Shown here one piece after another: positions 37,301-45,883 of a stretch of 64,000 nt of DNA; positions within the stretch are counted from its first letter, which is position 1, and each line of letters begins with the position of its first letter. Source of the stretch: Candidatus Wallbacteria bacterium (GTDB lineage Bacteria > Muiribacteriota > UBA9980); NCBI GenBank assembly GCA_041441465.1, contig JASDSY010000032.1:72-64071 (forward strand), in the 5' to 3' direction. The position numbers and the translations under genes are program-made. Below the pieces are notes generated by a model that was not told the origin of the DNA, ran no database searches, and saw nothing but the letters and a program-made list of their open reading frames with translations.

Positions 37301-38363
37301 CGTAACCGGCGTTGTAAAATTAATAAAACGTAAAGATAAAGAAGGCAAAGAACGCACTACGATAGCGAATGTAGTCATTCAAATGGGCGAAGCGCATCAA
37401 ATTCTTGACGGCGCTGAACTTAAAGTCGAAGACGGCGCTACTGTAAAAACCGGTGATATACTTGCAAAATGGGGTTCTTCAGGAAAGAAAACGATCGATA
37501 TTATTCAGGGTTTGCCTCGTGTCGCCGAACTTTTCGAAGCAAGACGTCCTAAAAAAGAAGCTATTATAGCTGAATACGACGGTATTGCTAAACGCGCAGG
37601 AAACTCCTTGATCATCGAAAGTTTCTCTGGTGAAAGAAAACAATATAAGAGCCAGTTTGGTACAATATCAAACTTCCTTGTATTTGACGGCGAACTTGTA
37701 AAAGCAGGCGATCCGTTGACGGAAGGTAACGTTGCTCCTAAGAAGCTTCGTAAAATTGCCGGTGTTGAACGTACAATGCGCTATATCATAGATGAAATAC
37801 AGCACGTGTATAAGGGGCAGGGCGTTCAAATCAATGATAAACATATAGAAGTTATCATCCGCCAAATGTTTAGAAAAGTAAAAATATTACATCCTGGCGA
37901 AACAAGATTCTTGCCTCGTGAAATTGTTACCGTAAATGATTTCTATATTGAAAATGATAGAATTATGGCTCTAGGCGGCAACGGCGCTGAAGGTGAACAG
38001 ATATTGCAGGGTATCACAAAAGCGTCATTGACAACAGATTCATTCTTCTCGGCAGCATCGTTCCAGGAAACCACAAGAGTTCTTACTCAAGCTTCGGTTC
38101 AGGGTAAAGTTGACTATCTGCGCGGACTTAAAGAAAATATCATCATTGGTAAACTTATACCGGCCGGAACTGGAATCGCGGCATACAGAAAAGTTCATTT
38201 GCCGGCATTTGATAGGCGCGGTATTGCAAAACCAGGGCTGTCATTAACTCAAGTTAAGGATATAATGAGTGAAGACGAAGCAAGGGTAACGGCCGCTGAT
38301 CATGCTGCTGATGTAACTGAAATGGGAATGGATTCATCAGCGGGTGATGAGTTGAATAACTAA
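31374..38363 (+). CDS. rpoC: DNA-directed RNA polymerase beta-prime subunit, 2329 aa, with ~1000-aa trigger-loop insertion
   Basis: TTG start with AAGGAGGA 7 nt upstream. Conserved blocks: zinc site CSCGKY...[59 protein letters not shown], catalytic [64 protein letters not shown] (nt ~34441-34490), [12 protein letters not shown] (nt ~37507), [35 protein letters not shown]. Confidence 0.97.
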   Translation: MWDVDKFDAIQIMVASPEDVRGWSWGEVKKPETINYRTHKPERDGLFCEVIFGPTRDYTCSCGKYKSIRYKGIKCERCAVEITESKVRRERMGHIELAAPVAHVWYAKGTPSYIALLLDISPKDLEKVLYFNSYIVINPGNLPLNEKQLLTEKEFRQYSDKYGNLFDAKMGAEAIAELLEKIDLQKLVLDLKSKLQEKSNFKKHNIIKRLEVAETFLNSGCKPQWMIMRYVPVIPPDLRPMVQLDGGRFATSDLNDLYRRVINRNNRLKKLIDMGAPDIIIKNEKRMLQEAVNSLIDNGRRGRPVTGPGKRPLKSLNDMLKGKQGRFRQNLLGKRVDYSGRSVIVVGPSLKVHQCGLPKKMALELFKPFIMNKLVTKGLAHNIKSAKKMLERGKAEIWDLLDEVVRDHPVLLNRAPTLHRLGIQAFEPILVEGKAIQIPPLVCTPFNADFDGDQMAVHVPLLIEAQTEARLLMLSAHNLFSPASGKPIMNPTHDMTLGCYYLTRILHPVNTRIVKEFTCSKTNKKITLEEQLLPEKQKYNFKIAVDVFDKAGKNVIKKYTPINKYLMSKIKELGLKEVEIFEQKIYASAEEAIHAYEQRVADLHTENIVRIGEKYIETSIGRLIFNQLLPKELGFVNKQINKNSLSSLVTSTYQNCGLGRTARLLDEIKEMGFKFATKSGLSFSIADLLIPNRKPEIVLAARKKAADLGNKLELGAITREEKRQNDIDIWQGVTAEVTDEMIQEFQRRDQDGEFNSVYMMAISGARGSMQQVRQLCGMRGLMSNPQGDVIDYPIISNFRDGLTQTEYFISTYGARKGLVDTALRTADSGYLTRRLVDVAQDVIVREHDCGATEGIFIMPLREKRKSNNLIANEILIPLSTRINGRTTIADIVHPETGDILVHKGEEISAEMARKIEHAESIIEIDTKNAERALGLVATENVIDEKTDKILLKSDCIIDNVTLEHLRNYRVRRVKVRPAVYVRSPLTCKSKQGICQKCYGNDLSTGKMVELGETAGIIAAQSIGEPGTQLTMRTFHIGGIALAQKIEIRSNVEGEINVDGLKWTYKVDRKKQAIGGIDTDGKETPDIEEDLRRIVLDGYVVVIKKDGKKDYYNIPPGAFLNPKVANGEKVGIGDVLCEYNPNQVVTQFSGKIKFNNLLVKDGIIVSTDGNIILEKEEGGLESYKIPLGSYLRVENGDKVEAGYIIAEKIAEQKAAIAGINGQVEFFDIKIKNQKVISDNGIIFISPLDEKESVREKKYTLPQGVKEFKEESNAKYGVELKVRSGNEIKRNEEILAITSEIEGEVSLKNGGKVIQVKKDAQKEYFVPAEIKFDERKIDDKINTITLISETAGLARVVQPKGASSKTIDTRRIIITDECEYEIPQDANLVESKLKVKPGSNVSVDELICEEIQFKANTDGEVEVKTEERAIDSEVYEIGSLERPMQQKKIERYNKVVIREVRELPLKDVNISLKEKVVDKVLASPVIDLRTKEIVVKEGERMTAELADKLFKVSPIGGYVKVENDSPVLNLDIQTLKKYVGQKITRDIKNKKTKEVLFHAETVIDNKMIVEIDKIHTEITPMYVPAEQIVVSNEIVVALRDTAAIREKLVGKIAKSDIISSETSELICSAKTVITDEIRNKILNDHTIKRVELIDYKIIEVPEGASIKVKDGSQIKAGTELICPTHLDRIRVINHVEEYELPTNIKLLVKTGDIIKTGDEFAEAIPSIKSKIAGKVNYIMKYSKKVNDEVVRKIIIYSGKEYEIPDGLQIKIKNGEKVEANTPLTEPIEFEGKIEYTEDKRFYKFVKPEKNEKKYKITADMLLHVNEGDFVKEGDKLASLINDKFSHEKEYSEKITVTSRNIAQLRYYPVIPDSLEIKVSGKKHDYFKHIDLLKLKSEKDILGYRINKTLVNNTDGEVVIEYDRVIDEETAKKIHLNAANLNETNVKIYIPDITINFNLGEIHFEKRIAEEIEVNYKYDVTGVVKLIKRKDKEGKERTTIANVVIQMGEAHQILDGAELKVEDGATVKTGDILAKWGSSGKKTIDIIQGLPRVAELFEARRPKKEAIIAEYDGIAKRAGNSLIIESFSGERKQYKSQFGTISNFLVFDGELVKAGDPLTEGNVAPKKLRKIAGVERTMRYIIDEIQHVYKGQGVQINDKHIEVIIRQMFRKVKILHPGETRFLPREIVTVNDFYIENDRIMALGGNGAEGEQILQGITKASLTTDSFFSAASFQETTRVLTQASVQGKVDYLRGLKENIIIGKLIPAGTGIAAYRKVHLPAFDRRGIAKPGLSLTQVKDIMSEDEARVTAADHAADVTEMGMDSSAGDELNN

Positions 38364-38526
38364 TTTTTACTGCATGAATAACTGTCAGATTAAAAATTTA
38401 GAAAATAGTATTTAGAATTTTTTAACTTTGACGGTTGATTAAGTAAAATTTTAGTGCTATACTTAAAAATGTCAAACTAAGTAACAAAATCAATATAAAA
38501 AATATTGATATAAAAGTAAAAACATA

Positions 38527-38574
38527 AAAGAAGGTGGAGAATGATACAAGTATTTATTATTCTTCACCTTCTTT
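38527..38574 (+). terminator. Long hairpin downstream of rpoC (candidate terminator)
   Basis: AAAGAAGGTGGAGAATGAT ... ATTATTCTTCACCTTCTTT: 19-bp stem with two G-U wobbles and a 10-nt loop. Confidence 0.45.
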
Positions 38575-38611
38575 AAAATTTAACATAAAAATTATGAAGG
38601 GTGGGTAACAA

Positions 38612-39856
38612 ATGGCAATTTTCAAACCTTTTAAAGGATATCATCCGGACAGTAAAAATGCGGCTGAGGTTATTTGTCTTCCATACGATGTTATTAACTC
38701 ACAGGAAGCCCGCGAATTGGCAAAGGGAAAACCAAACAGTTTTCTTCACGTTGATAAATCGGAAATTGACCTCGATCCTGGTATTAATTTATATGACCAA
38801 AAAGTTTATGATAAAGCAAGTGAAAATTTAAAAAAACTTATGACTGGAAAAGTATTAATTCAGGACTCTAAGCCTTGCTTTTACATATATAAGCAAATAA
38901 TGGACGGCAGAACGCAGATAGGGCTTGTCGGATGTGCTTCAGCCGAAGAATACTGGAAAAATATTATAAAAAAACACGAATTAACCAGAAAAGATAAGGA
39001 AGACGATAGAACTAAGCATGTCGATGTATGCAATGCCAATACAGGTATGGTATTTTTAACATACCGCGCTCAAAAAAGCATTAATGATATGCTCGACGGT
39101 GTAATGAAAAATACTCCGATATTTGACGTTACTACTGAAGATAATGTTAAGCATATTTTATATAAAATTGAAGATGAAAAAATTATTGCTAAACTTCAGG
39201 AAGAATTTAAAAATATTGATTATTTATATATAGCTGACGGCCATCACAGAACAGCTTCGGGCGGCCGAATTGCGCAGGTACGCAAAGAACGTAACAGCAA
39301 GCATACGGGTAATGAAGAATATAATTTTTTCATGGCTGCCGCGTTTCCGCATGATCAGCTTTATATAATGGATTATAACAGGCTGGTAAAAGATTTAAAC
39401 GGCCATAGTTTTGATCAATTCATGGCTGAAATAAGCAAAAAATTCGAAGTAAAAAAGCACGGCAAAACGCCTTTTAAACCTTCAAAAATGCACACTTTCG
39501 GAATGTATATCGGCGGCGACTGGTATGAGCTACATGCTAAATCGCATGTATTTGATCCAAAAGATCCGATTGATTGCCTCGATGTGACTATTCTTCAAAA
39601 AAATGTACTTGATCCGCTTTTAGCTATAAAAGATCCGCGCACTGACAAACGTATTGACTTTGTCGGCGGTATAAGAGGACTTGGAGAATTGCAAAAACTT
39701 GTTGATTCCGATAAGTTTAAAGTGGCATTTGCTATGTTTCCGACAACGATAGAACAGCTGATGGATATTGCCGATGCAGATAAAATAATGCCGCCTAAAT
39801 CGACATGGTTTGAACCTAAGCTTCGCTCGGGTGTTTTAGTTCATACTCTGGAGTAA
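38612..39856 (+). CDS. DUF1015 family protein
   Basis: MAIFKPFKGYHP...CLPYDVI N-terminus, IADGHHRTAS motif, and a 414-aa size typical of DUF1015. Confidence 0.75.
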   Translation: MAIFKPFKGYHPDSKNAAEVICLPYDVINSQEARELAKGKPNSFLHVDKSEIDLDPGINLYDQKVYDKASENLKKLMTGKVLIQDSKPCFYIYKQIMDGRTQIGLVGCASAEEYWKNIIKKHELTRKDKEDDRTKHVDVCNANTGMVFLTYRAQKSINDMLDGVMKNTPIFDVTTEDNVKHILYKIEDEKIIAKLQEEFKNIDYLYIADGHHRTASGGRIAQVRKERNSKHTGNEEYNFFMAAAFPHDQLYIMDYNRLVKDLNGHSFDQFMAEISKKFEVKKHGKTPFKPSKMHTFGMYIGGDWYELHAKSHVFDPKDPIDCLDVTILQKNVLDPLLAIKDPRTDKRIDFVGGIRGLGELQKLVDSDKFKVAFAMFPTTIEQLMDIADADKIMPPKSTWFEPKLRSGVLVHTLE

Positions 39857-39934
39857 AATCATTATATTTACAGGTCGTTAACGAAAAAAGCGTCCTGTTA
39901 TTTTTGTTAATTTAATTGAACGAGTTATAAAAAA

Positions 39935-40007
39935 AGAAACATGCTGATAAGTTTTTCAGACGGGAAGCGACTTCCGTCAAAAGGACTTGATGCGTGTTTC
40001 TTTTTTT
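39935..40007 (+). terminator. Branched hairpin flanked by A-run and T-run (terminator after the DUF1015 gene)
   Basis: Outer stem AGAAACATGC (39935-39944) pairs with GCGTGTTTCT (39992-40001). Inner hairpin GACGGGAAG-cga-CTTCCGTC (39959-39978). Followed by TTTTTTT. Confidence 0.5.
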
Positions 40008-40151
40008 ATGCCCGATTGTTAAAACACCGGGTGTTTAAAAATAATTTCCTCCTTTTAATGTACTTATAAATAATAAGTTTTCAGGTGATTGATTTTTTTT
40101 TGTTAATATGATAGAATTATTATAATTTTACCACATTAGAAGGGAATTTTT

Positions 40152-40676
40152 ATGAAAATCAAAATTCAAATCAGGCTGTTATTTATCTTATTTTTGTTTA
40201 TTGTTTGGAGTGCTGTTAATTTAAGGTTTCTGATAGCGCAGGAATTGCCTAAAAATGCTGAAAATAAAACAAATAATCAAGCCGCTCTGACGATTGAACC
40301 GAAAGTAAATTCAGCGCATATTAATGGCAAAGTAAAATGGTATTCGAACTTAAGTGAATGTCTCGAAGCCGCTAAAGCTGAAAATAAGCTTGTACTTGTT
40401 GATGCGGTAGCGTCATGGTGCGGCTGGTGCAAAAAGATGGAAATGGAAACATTTAATAATCCCGAAATTATAAAGAAATTAGAAAAATACGTATGCCTTC
40501 GAGTAATTGTTGAAGATGATGCCGCATTTTCAGGAAAGTATACAGTGAATGAATTTCCTACAATATTATTTTTAAAGGCTGACGGCAGCGAGTTGGAAAG
40601 GCATATAGGCTTTAAAAATATCGATGATTTTAAAAAAATTATCGGTCAAATTGATGAAAAAAAGGTAAATAAATAA
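40152..40676 (+). CDS. Secreted thioredoxin-fold protein
   Basis: Signal/TM segment; ASWCGWCKKME (CxxC) in a thioredoxin-like context. Confidence 0.7.
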   Translation: MKIKIQIRLLFILFLFIVWSAVNLRFLIAQELPKNAENKTNNQAALTIEPKVNSAHINGKVKWYSNLSECLEAAKAENKLVLVDAVASWCGWCKKMEMETFNNPEIIKKLEKYVCLRVIVEDDAAFSGKYTVNEFPTILFLKADGSELERHIGFKNIDDFKKIIGQIDEKKVNK

Positions 40677-41797
40677 TGAAAATAAAAAACAATAAGCTCT
40701 TATTTTTAATCATTTTTATTTTAGTTTCTTGTTTTTCTTTTGGCAATGCTGGCTATGCTTCTGTTGACGCTAAGATTCCGCAGTGGGTTTCGCTTAAAGC
40801 TTTTTTTAATAACGATCCGGTTGAAATAAATTCAATTGCAAATTTAGAATGCGAGCTTAATTCTTTAATTGTACCGATTGAAGGCGTTATTGAGGTTTCA
40901 TTTTCAGACAGCGTTAAATCCGTTTCACCTAATCTCAGGTATAATTTTAAACTTAATGCCGCAGACAAAAGAAATTTCAGATTTCCGCTGCAATTCATTA
41001 CTGAATCGGTTAATAAGCCTGTCGTTGTTAAAGCGGTTATTAACTTCCCTAAAAAGGCTTTAACTGCATATATTCAAAATGATGTTTCTTTCGATAATTC
41101 TTTAAAAAAAGAATTGCTTGCAAAAATAGATGCTGCTTCTGAAAAATTTGAGTTATCACAGACGATTGATTTTATAATTACTAAAAAAGAAGGTTTTTTA
41201 AACCTGCGTGAAAGCATTTATTCTTATTATTTCGACGACGGCTGTGTAATAGCCGATGAATCAATACCGGGAATTAATGCCGATGATCTCGATGCTATAA
41301 AAAAAGAAATAAAAAAGTTCGAGGAATTTATAGAAACGATAAGGCAAAACAAAGAATTACAAAATTATCTTGAGACTAATATGGATTTAGTTTCAGGCGA
41401 AGATAAATATTTAAAGTTGTTGATTGCGGCTGGTAATTATAATTTGAAAAAAGAAAAATATGACGATGCCGTTTTATATTATGAGTTGATAATGAATAAA
41501 GCTTTAAAAGAAGCCAAAAACATGGATACTAATGAAATATTTATTACCGTTTCAAATAATTTGCTGGTAGCTAACCTTAAATTGAAAAAAGTTTCCGAAG
41601 CTTTGAAGCTGATATCTAATGCTGAAAAGAAAGCTTCCGATAAGGGCCAATTGCGTTATTTATATTATAATGTTGGAGTGTATTATAAGAATTTAAATAA
41701 TAAGCCTGAAGCGGTAAAATTTTTAAGAAAAGCTCTAAATTTAAAATCTGCTTTTACCGTTTGTTCTGACGCTTTAAAGAAACTTGAGAATTACTAG
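40676..41797 (+). CDS. Secreted protein with C-terminal TPR repeats
   Basis: Signal peptide. TPR-like Y..A...Y.......A helical repeats in the last ~150 aa. Start overlaps the previous stop (TAATG). Confidence 0.5.
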   Translation: MKIKNNKLLFLIIFILVSCFSFGNAGYASVDAKIPQWVSLKAFFNNDPVEINSIANLECELNSLIVPIEGVIEVSFSDSVKSVSPNLRYNFKLNAADKRNFRFPLQFITESVNKPVVVKAVINFPKKALTAYIQNDVSFDNSLKKELLAKIDAASEKFELSQTIDFIITKKEGFLNLRESIYSYYFDDGCVIADESIPGINADDLDAIKKEIKKFEEFIETIRQNKELQNYLETNMDLVSGEDKYLKLLIAAGNYNLKKEKYDDAVLYYELIMNKALKEAKNMDTNEIFITVSNNLLVANLKLKKVSEALKLISNAEKKASDKGQLRYLYYNVGVYYKNLNNKPEAVKFLRKALNLKSAFTVCSDALKKLENY

Positions 41798-42314
41798 CAG
41801 CTTTTATCGTATTTTCATGTTTTTTAACCGGTTTTGACTTGATTTTCCCCTGAAAGTTTTTATGTGTAACTGGTTTAATTATTTTTTTAAATATAATATA
41901 ATTTAAAGTTGATGGATTTTCCAGTTTCGTGCCGGAAGCATTTAAAATAGAATCCGTGATTTCTAACCGTACTTCGGCGGTTTCCTTTGATGCAAGCATT
42001 TTTTTGTCAAAGCTGATTTTTATTGAATTGTTTGTTTCATCGTATGATATCGAAGGCGATAATAGTTTTTCCTGATTCGAATTGATAGCGAAGATGCTGT
42101 TAGAATTTATAGCCGTCTTTTTTAACGATTGGTTGAACTTTATTTCAATAGTTTCATTTATTTCAATGGTTTCATTATTTTTATGGTTAATTGAAATAAT
42201 TTCAAATTTTAATTCTTCATGTTTAGCGGCAAAATCATTGCCATAGCGATAGCCGGCAAATCCTAACGAGAATATTGAAATGAATATTAATAATAAGTTA
42301 AAAAAATTTTTCAT
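41754..42314 (-). CDS. Secreted hypothetical protein (possible Ig-like domain)
   Basis: Start moved to the ATG at 42314 (MKNFFNLLLIFISIFSLGFAG signal peptide). Its 3' end overlaps the convergent TPR gene by 44 nt. Confidence 0.4.
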   Translation of the reverse strand: MKNFFNLLLIFISIFSLGFAGYRYGNDFAAKHEELKFEIISINHKNNETIEINETIEIKFNQSLKKTAINSNSIFAINSNQEKLLSPSISYDETNNSIKISFDKKMLASKETAEVRLEITDSILNASGTKLENPSTLNYIIFKKIIKPVTHKNFQGKIKSKPVKKHENTIKAASNSQVSLKRQNKR

Positions 42315-42409
42315 GATAACAGCTTTTAATTTTAAAATTTGATTATTTCTAATATTATATTTCGGCAAAATAATAAAAAAAATGATTAATGGCTTTGTTG
42401 GTAATAAAA

Positions 42410-42943
42410 ATGAATGACAAAAAAATTTTATCTATTGTCGGAAAATCAAATGTCGGTAAAACTACTTTAATCGAAAAAATGCTTCCGATTTTTACTCGAA
42501 ATTATGGTATAAAAGTCGGGACGATCAAGCATCATTTACATGATTTTGAATGCGACATAAAAGGTAAGGATTCATGGCGCCATCAAGCTGCGGGAGCAGT
42601 ACAGACAATTATCAGCTCTCCAGAAAAATATGTTTTGTTTTCAAAAATTGATAAACCAAGTTCTGAACTTTCGATAGATGAGTTAGCTGCATATTTAAAC
42701 GCTTCCGATTTTATAATTACAGACGGCTATAAGGTTTCGGATAAAAATAAAATCGAGGTCTTTCGGCCGGCTCATTACGATAAATTGGTAACCGATAAAA
42801 ACAGTAATTTGATTGCTTATGCGACAGATAATATTAATTATAAGTTCCCTTTGGATGTACCCGTGCTTGATTTGAATAATCCTGCTGAGATTGTTGATTT
42901 TATAGTTAAATATTATGATTTAAAAATTAAAATCAAGGAGTAA
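42410..42943 (+). CDS. mobB: Molybdopterin-guanine dinucleotide biosynthesis adapter MobB
   Basis: P-loop ILSIVGKSNVGKTTLIEK, IKHH.HDFE.D..GKDSWRH..AGA. The ORF track start at 42389 is an alternative. Confidence 0.75.
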   Translation: MNDKKILSIVGKSNVGKTTLIEKMLPIFTRNYGIKVGTIKHHLHDFECDIKGKDSWRHQAAGAVQTIISSPEKYVLFSKIDKPSSELSIDELAAYLNASDFIITDGYKVSDKNKIEVFRPAHYDKLVTDKNSNLIAYATDNINYKFPLDVPVLDLNNPAEIVDFIVKYYDLKIKIKE

Positions 42944-42947
42944 AAAA

Positions 42948-43130
42948 ATGCAAGAAATTAAAAATGATGTTTATGATGTTGAGTTGTCAATCAATGATAA
43001 AAATATACCTTTAAATGATTTTCTTGATAAGATATTATCAAAGACTGTAATTGGTATGTTATCAGCTCTAAAAACAGGTTTTGAATATAATGAAATTAAA
43101 AATATTGAAATTAAGATAAAGAAAAATTAA
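42948..43130 (+). CDS. Small hypothetical protein (60 aa)
   Basis: AAGGAG RBS 8 nt upstream; tightly packed after mobB. Confidence 0.45.
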   Translation: MQEIKNDVYDVELSINDKNIPLNDFLDKILSKTVIGMLSALKTGFEYNEIKNIEIKIKKN

Positions 43131-43147
43131 AAATCGAGGCTTGAGTT

Positions 43148-43693
43148 ATGAATGAAGACAGCATAGAATATCAAATTGAGCATCAGTTTCAGGTTTATGA
43201 AAGTTCTCAAGGACTTGTTCCGTTGGCGGACGCTAAAGCGGGCGCTATAATAGCCGCTAATTTGGGATTAATTGCTACTATCGCAAACGCTCCGTTTGTT
43301 GTTGATAAAATTATGAAAATTATCAATGCGCCTTCAGATAAAAACTCGATAATATTTTTTTTGCTTGCATTTTTTTTGTTTGGCTCTATTTGTTCCATTG
43401 TTACAGGCCTTATGGTACTTTATCCGCGCCCGTCAAAGATTGAAATGAAGATGAAAACTCCGCACCTTACTTTTTATGAAAATATATTAAATTGCGGCAA
43501 TCCCGAAAAATATTATAATAACATAAAGAGCATGAATCCTGATATAATGCTTCAAGAAATGTGCGTTCAAAATTTCGAACTCGCTAAAATTTTACAGGTA
43601 AAATACCAGTTTTCTAAAATTTCGCTTTCGACTTTCGTTATTACATTGGTTCTGTGGTTGATATTTTTATATAAAGTTTTTATAATTTCTTAA
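43148..43693 (+). CDS. Two-to-three-TM membrane protein resembling the DUF5706/Pycsar-effector (PycTM) family
   Basis: N-terminal helix with LADAKAGAII followed by TM helices; FYENI...Y and QNFELAKILQVKYQ blocks. The family assignment is from memory of the motif pattern only. Confidence 0.35.
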   Translation: MNEDSIEYQIEHQFQVYESSQGLVPLADAKAGAIIAANLGLIATIANAPFVVDKIMKIINAPSDKNSIIFFLLAFFLFGSICSIVTGLMVLYPRPSKIEMKMKTPHLTFYENILNCGNPEKYYNNIKSMNPDIMLQEMCVQNFELAKILQVKYQFSKISLSTFVITLVLWLIFLYKVFIIS

Positions 43694-43716
43694 AATATAT
43701 TATTAATTGGTAGAGC

Positions 43717-44859
43717 ATGAATTTTATTAATTTTGACAATTGTGTAACGCGCCGTATGCCGCTGGAGGTTTTGGAATACTACTTTGAGCTTCTAAAGCGT
43801 TACAATGGTATCGGTTTATTCGGGTTACATGCGGCTGAACTAAAAAAAGAAATTTCTGAAGCGCGTTCGGCTATTGCTTCATTAATAAATGCCGAACCTG
43901 ACGAAATTATATTCACTTCTTCCGGAACCGAAGCGAATAATCTTGCGATAAAAGGTGTTGCCGCAGCTTATTTAAAAAAAGGCAGGCATATAATTACTAC
44001 GCCTTTTGAACATTCTTCGGTGTTGTTTCCGTTAAAAACACTTTCTAAAAATGGTTTTATAGTCGATGAAATAAAATTTTCCTATAATATTGAATCTCAG
44101 ATTTTAACATTTGATCCAGAATATTTAAAATCCTTATTTCGCGATACGATTCTCGTGAGTTGCATATATGCAAACCTTGACGCGGGCATTCTTCTTCCTG
44201 TAGATGAAATTTGTAAAATTTCTAAAATTAATGGCATTTTAAGTCATGTTGACGCGTGTTCGGTTTTGGCCGACATTCCAATCGATGTAAAATTTTTAAA
44301 TTGCGATTTATTAAGCTTGAGCTGCCATAAATTCGGCGGTCCGCAGTCTGTAGGGGTATTATATAAAAAAAAAGGCACCAGGATTTTTCCGCAAATCGAG
44401 GGCGGTATTGAAGAAAATGGCCTGCGAGGCGGTTTTTATAATACAGCAGCTATAGCGGCTTCAGGTTTTTTAGCCAAAATTATTAAAAAAAAATATGAAG
44501 AAAATAAAAAAAATGTATTAAATTTGAAACAAGCGCTTTTTGATATATTAAATGAAAATATAAAAGATATATTATGGATTTCTAATATGAACTCCAAGCT
44601 GCATTTTTATCTTTCATTTTATATACCGGGCGTCGATAATGAAGTTTTATTGAATGAGCTATCAACGCTTAATATAAAGATTTCGTCCATGCCGATATGC
44701 TCTATATTTGCCGGTAAAATACCGGCAGCTTTTGAATTTATCGGAATAACTCCGCAAAAAGCGCAGAATTATTTTAGAATATGCTTGAGCGCTGATAATA
44801 CGTTCGAAGAAGTTAAGTATTTTTGCGAGAAATTTATCGGATACATAAAAAAAAATTAA
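43717..44859 (+). CDS. Class V aminotransferase / cysteine desulfurase-like (NifS/IscS family)
   Basis: FTSSGTEANNLAIKG, HVDA.S, PLP-lysine motif LSCHKFGGPQSVGVLY. The putative active-site Cys loop SSMPICS is divergent. Confidence 0.7.
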   Translation: MNFINFDNCVTRRMPLEVLEYYFELLKRYNGIGLFGLHAAELKKEISEARSAIASLINAEPDEIIFTSSGTEANNLAIKGVAAAYLKKGRHIITTPFEHSSVLFPLKTLSKNGFIVDEIKFSYNIESQILTFDPEYLKSLFRDTILVSCIYANLDAGILLPVDEICKISKINGILSHVDACSVLADIPIDVKFLNCDLLSLSCHKFGGPQSVGVLYKKKGTRIFPQIEGGIEENGLRGGFYNTAAIAASGFLAKIIKKKYEENKKNVLNLKQALFDILNENIKDILWISNMNSKLHFYLSFYIPGVDNEVLLNELSTLNIKISSMPICSIFAGKIPAAFEFIGITPQKAQNYFRICLSADNTFEEVKYFCEKFIGYIKKN

Positions 44860-44876
44860 AATGAGGAGGAGTTTTT

Positions 44877-45200
44877 ATGTCATTTCCACCGCCAGGTTTT
44901 GATTTTGAGATATTAGAATGCCCGAAATGCAAATTACCGGTAGACGAGAATGAATTATTCGTCGAATGTCCTAAATGCTTTGCAAAGCATCACAAAAGAT
45001 GCGTTCACGAGGGCGTGAAGTGCGGAAACAGCGAGTGCGATTATATTTTTCATTGGTCTGAAGAAGATGGAACTCTTATATTTCCGGAATATACCGGCCC
45101 GGAAAGACGTATTCAAAGCGAAGACCGCAGGAAAAACGTTTCCGCTCCGCCGGATGGTATCGAAAGAAGAACGGGTCCGAGAAGACGCTCTGATTTTTAA
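44877..45200 (+). CDS. Small Cys-rich zinc-ribbon protein with Arg-rich tail
   Basis: GAGGAGGA RBS. CPKC...CPKC..H..C....C...C pattern. C-terminal ERRIQSEDRRKN...ERRTGPRRRSD. Confidence 0.55.
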   Translation: MSFPPPGFDFEILECPKCKLPVDENELFVECPKCFAKHHKRCVHEGVKCGNSECDYIFHWSEEDGTLIFPEYTGPERRIQSEDRRKNVSAPPDGIERRTGPRRRSDF

Positions 45201-45339
45201 ATATCTGTAAAATTATTATCATATTTAATATTAACAGTATTTAAGCTGTAATTAACTTAGGTTTTTTATTTGACAATTAATTCATAAAGTGAGCAATTAT
45301 TCATTTTATGATTAATTGTTTATTTGAAATATTTTCGTT

Positions 45340-45585
45340 TTAATTTTCTAAATGGCTGTCAATGTGGCCTGAAATTTTATATAAATATTTTCTTGACGAA
45401 GAATTCTCGGCTTGGTCAGTGAAATTTTCTTGACGATTGAATTCGTAGATATACACTTCGGTATTTGTTATGTTATTTTGATCCGTAGATTTTACCGATG
45501 GAACGCTGATTACTATATTGGGCTCGTGATTTAGTTTTTTTAATAAATCAATTTTTTTGCAATAAACTGATTGTTTTTGAATCAT
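45340..45585 (-). CDS. Hypothetical protein (81 aa)
   Basis: Strong AAGGAGGG RBS ~8 nt upstream of the ATG at 45585; no recognisable domain. Confidence 0.45.
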   Translation of the reverse strand: MIQKQSVYCKKIDLLKKLNHEPNIVISVPSVKSTDQNNITNTEVYIYEFNRQENFTDQAENSSSRKYLYKISGHIDSHLEN

Positions 45586-45883
45586 AAAAAGACCCTCCTT
45601 GAATATTTATAAATTAAGTAACAAAATTCATGCCAATATTAAAATTAAAAAAAGCTTGAATACATTTAAAAATAATTAATAATTAAAATATTTTGTCTCA
45701 AAATGATATTTTTATGTCTTAATTTGAGACTATTTAATCTTTATCTGTATCAAATTGAGATAAAGGTTTTTACGCTTAGAATTTTATCTGTTAAATGATA
45801 ATATTGTTCATTAATTTTTGACTTTTTTTTCTTATTGTGATAAAATATAAAAAAATTTTTAAAGGCGAATTGATGTAAAAATT

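Noticed and set aside
26-38363. Numerous 60-160-aa ORFs antisense to or out of frame within the MTase, helicase, topA, rpoB and rpoC genes (e.g. 7931-8392 minus, 14044-14532 plus, 27347-27988 minus)
   Set aside because: They lie entirely inside long ORFs that carry unambiguous conserved motifs. They have skewed composition (Ser/Arg/Phe-rich), no RBS and no recognisable domains. They are typical shadow ORFs.
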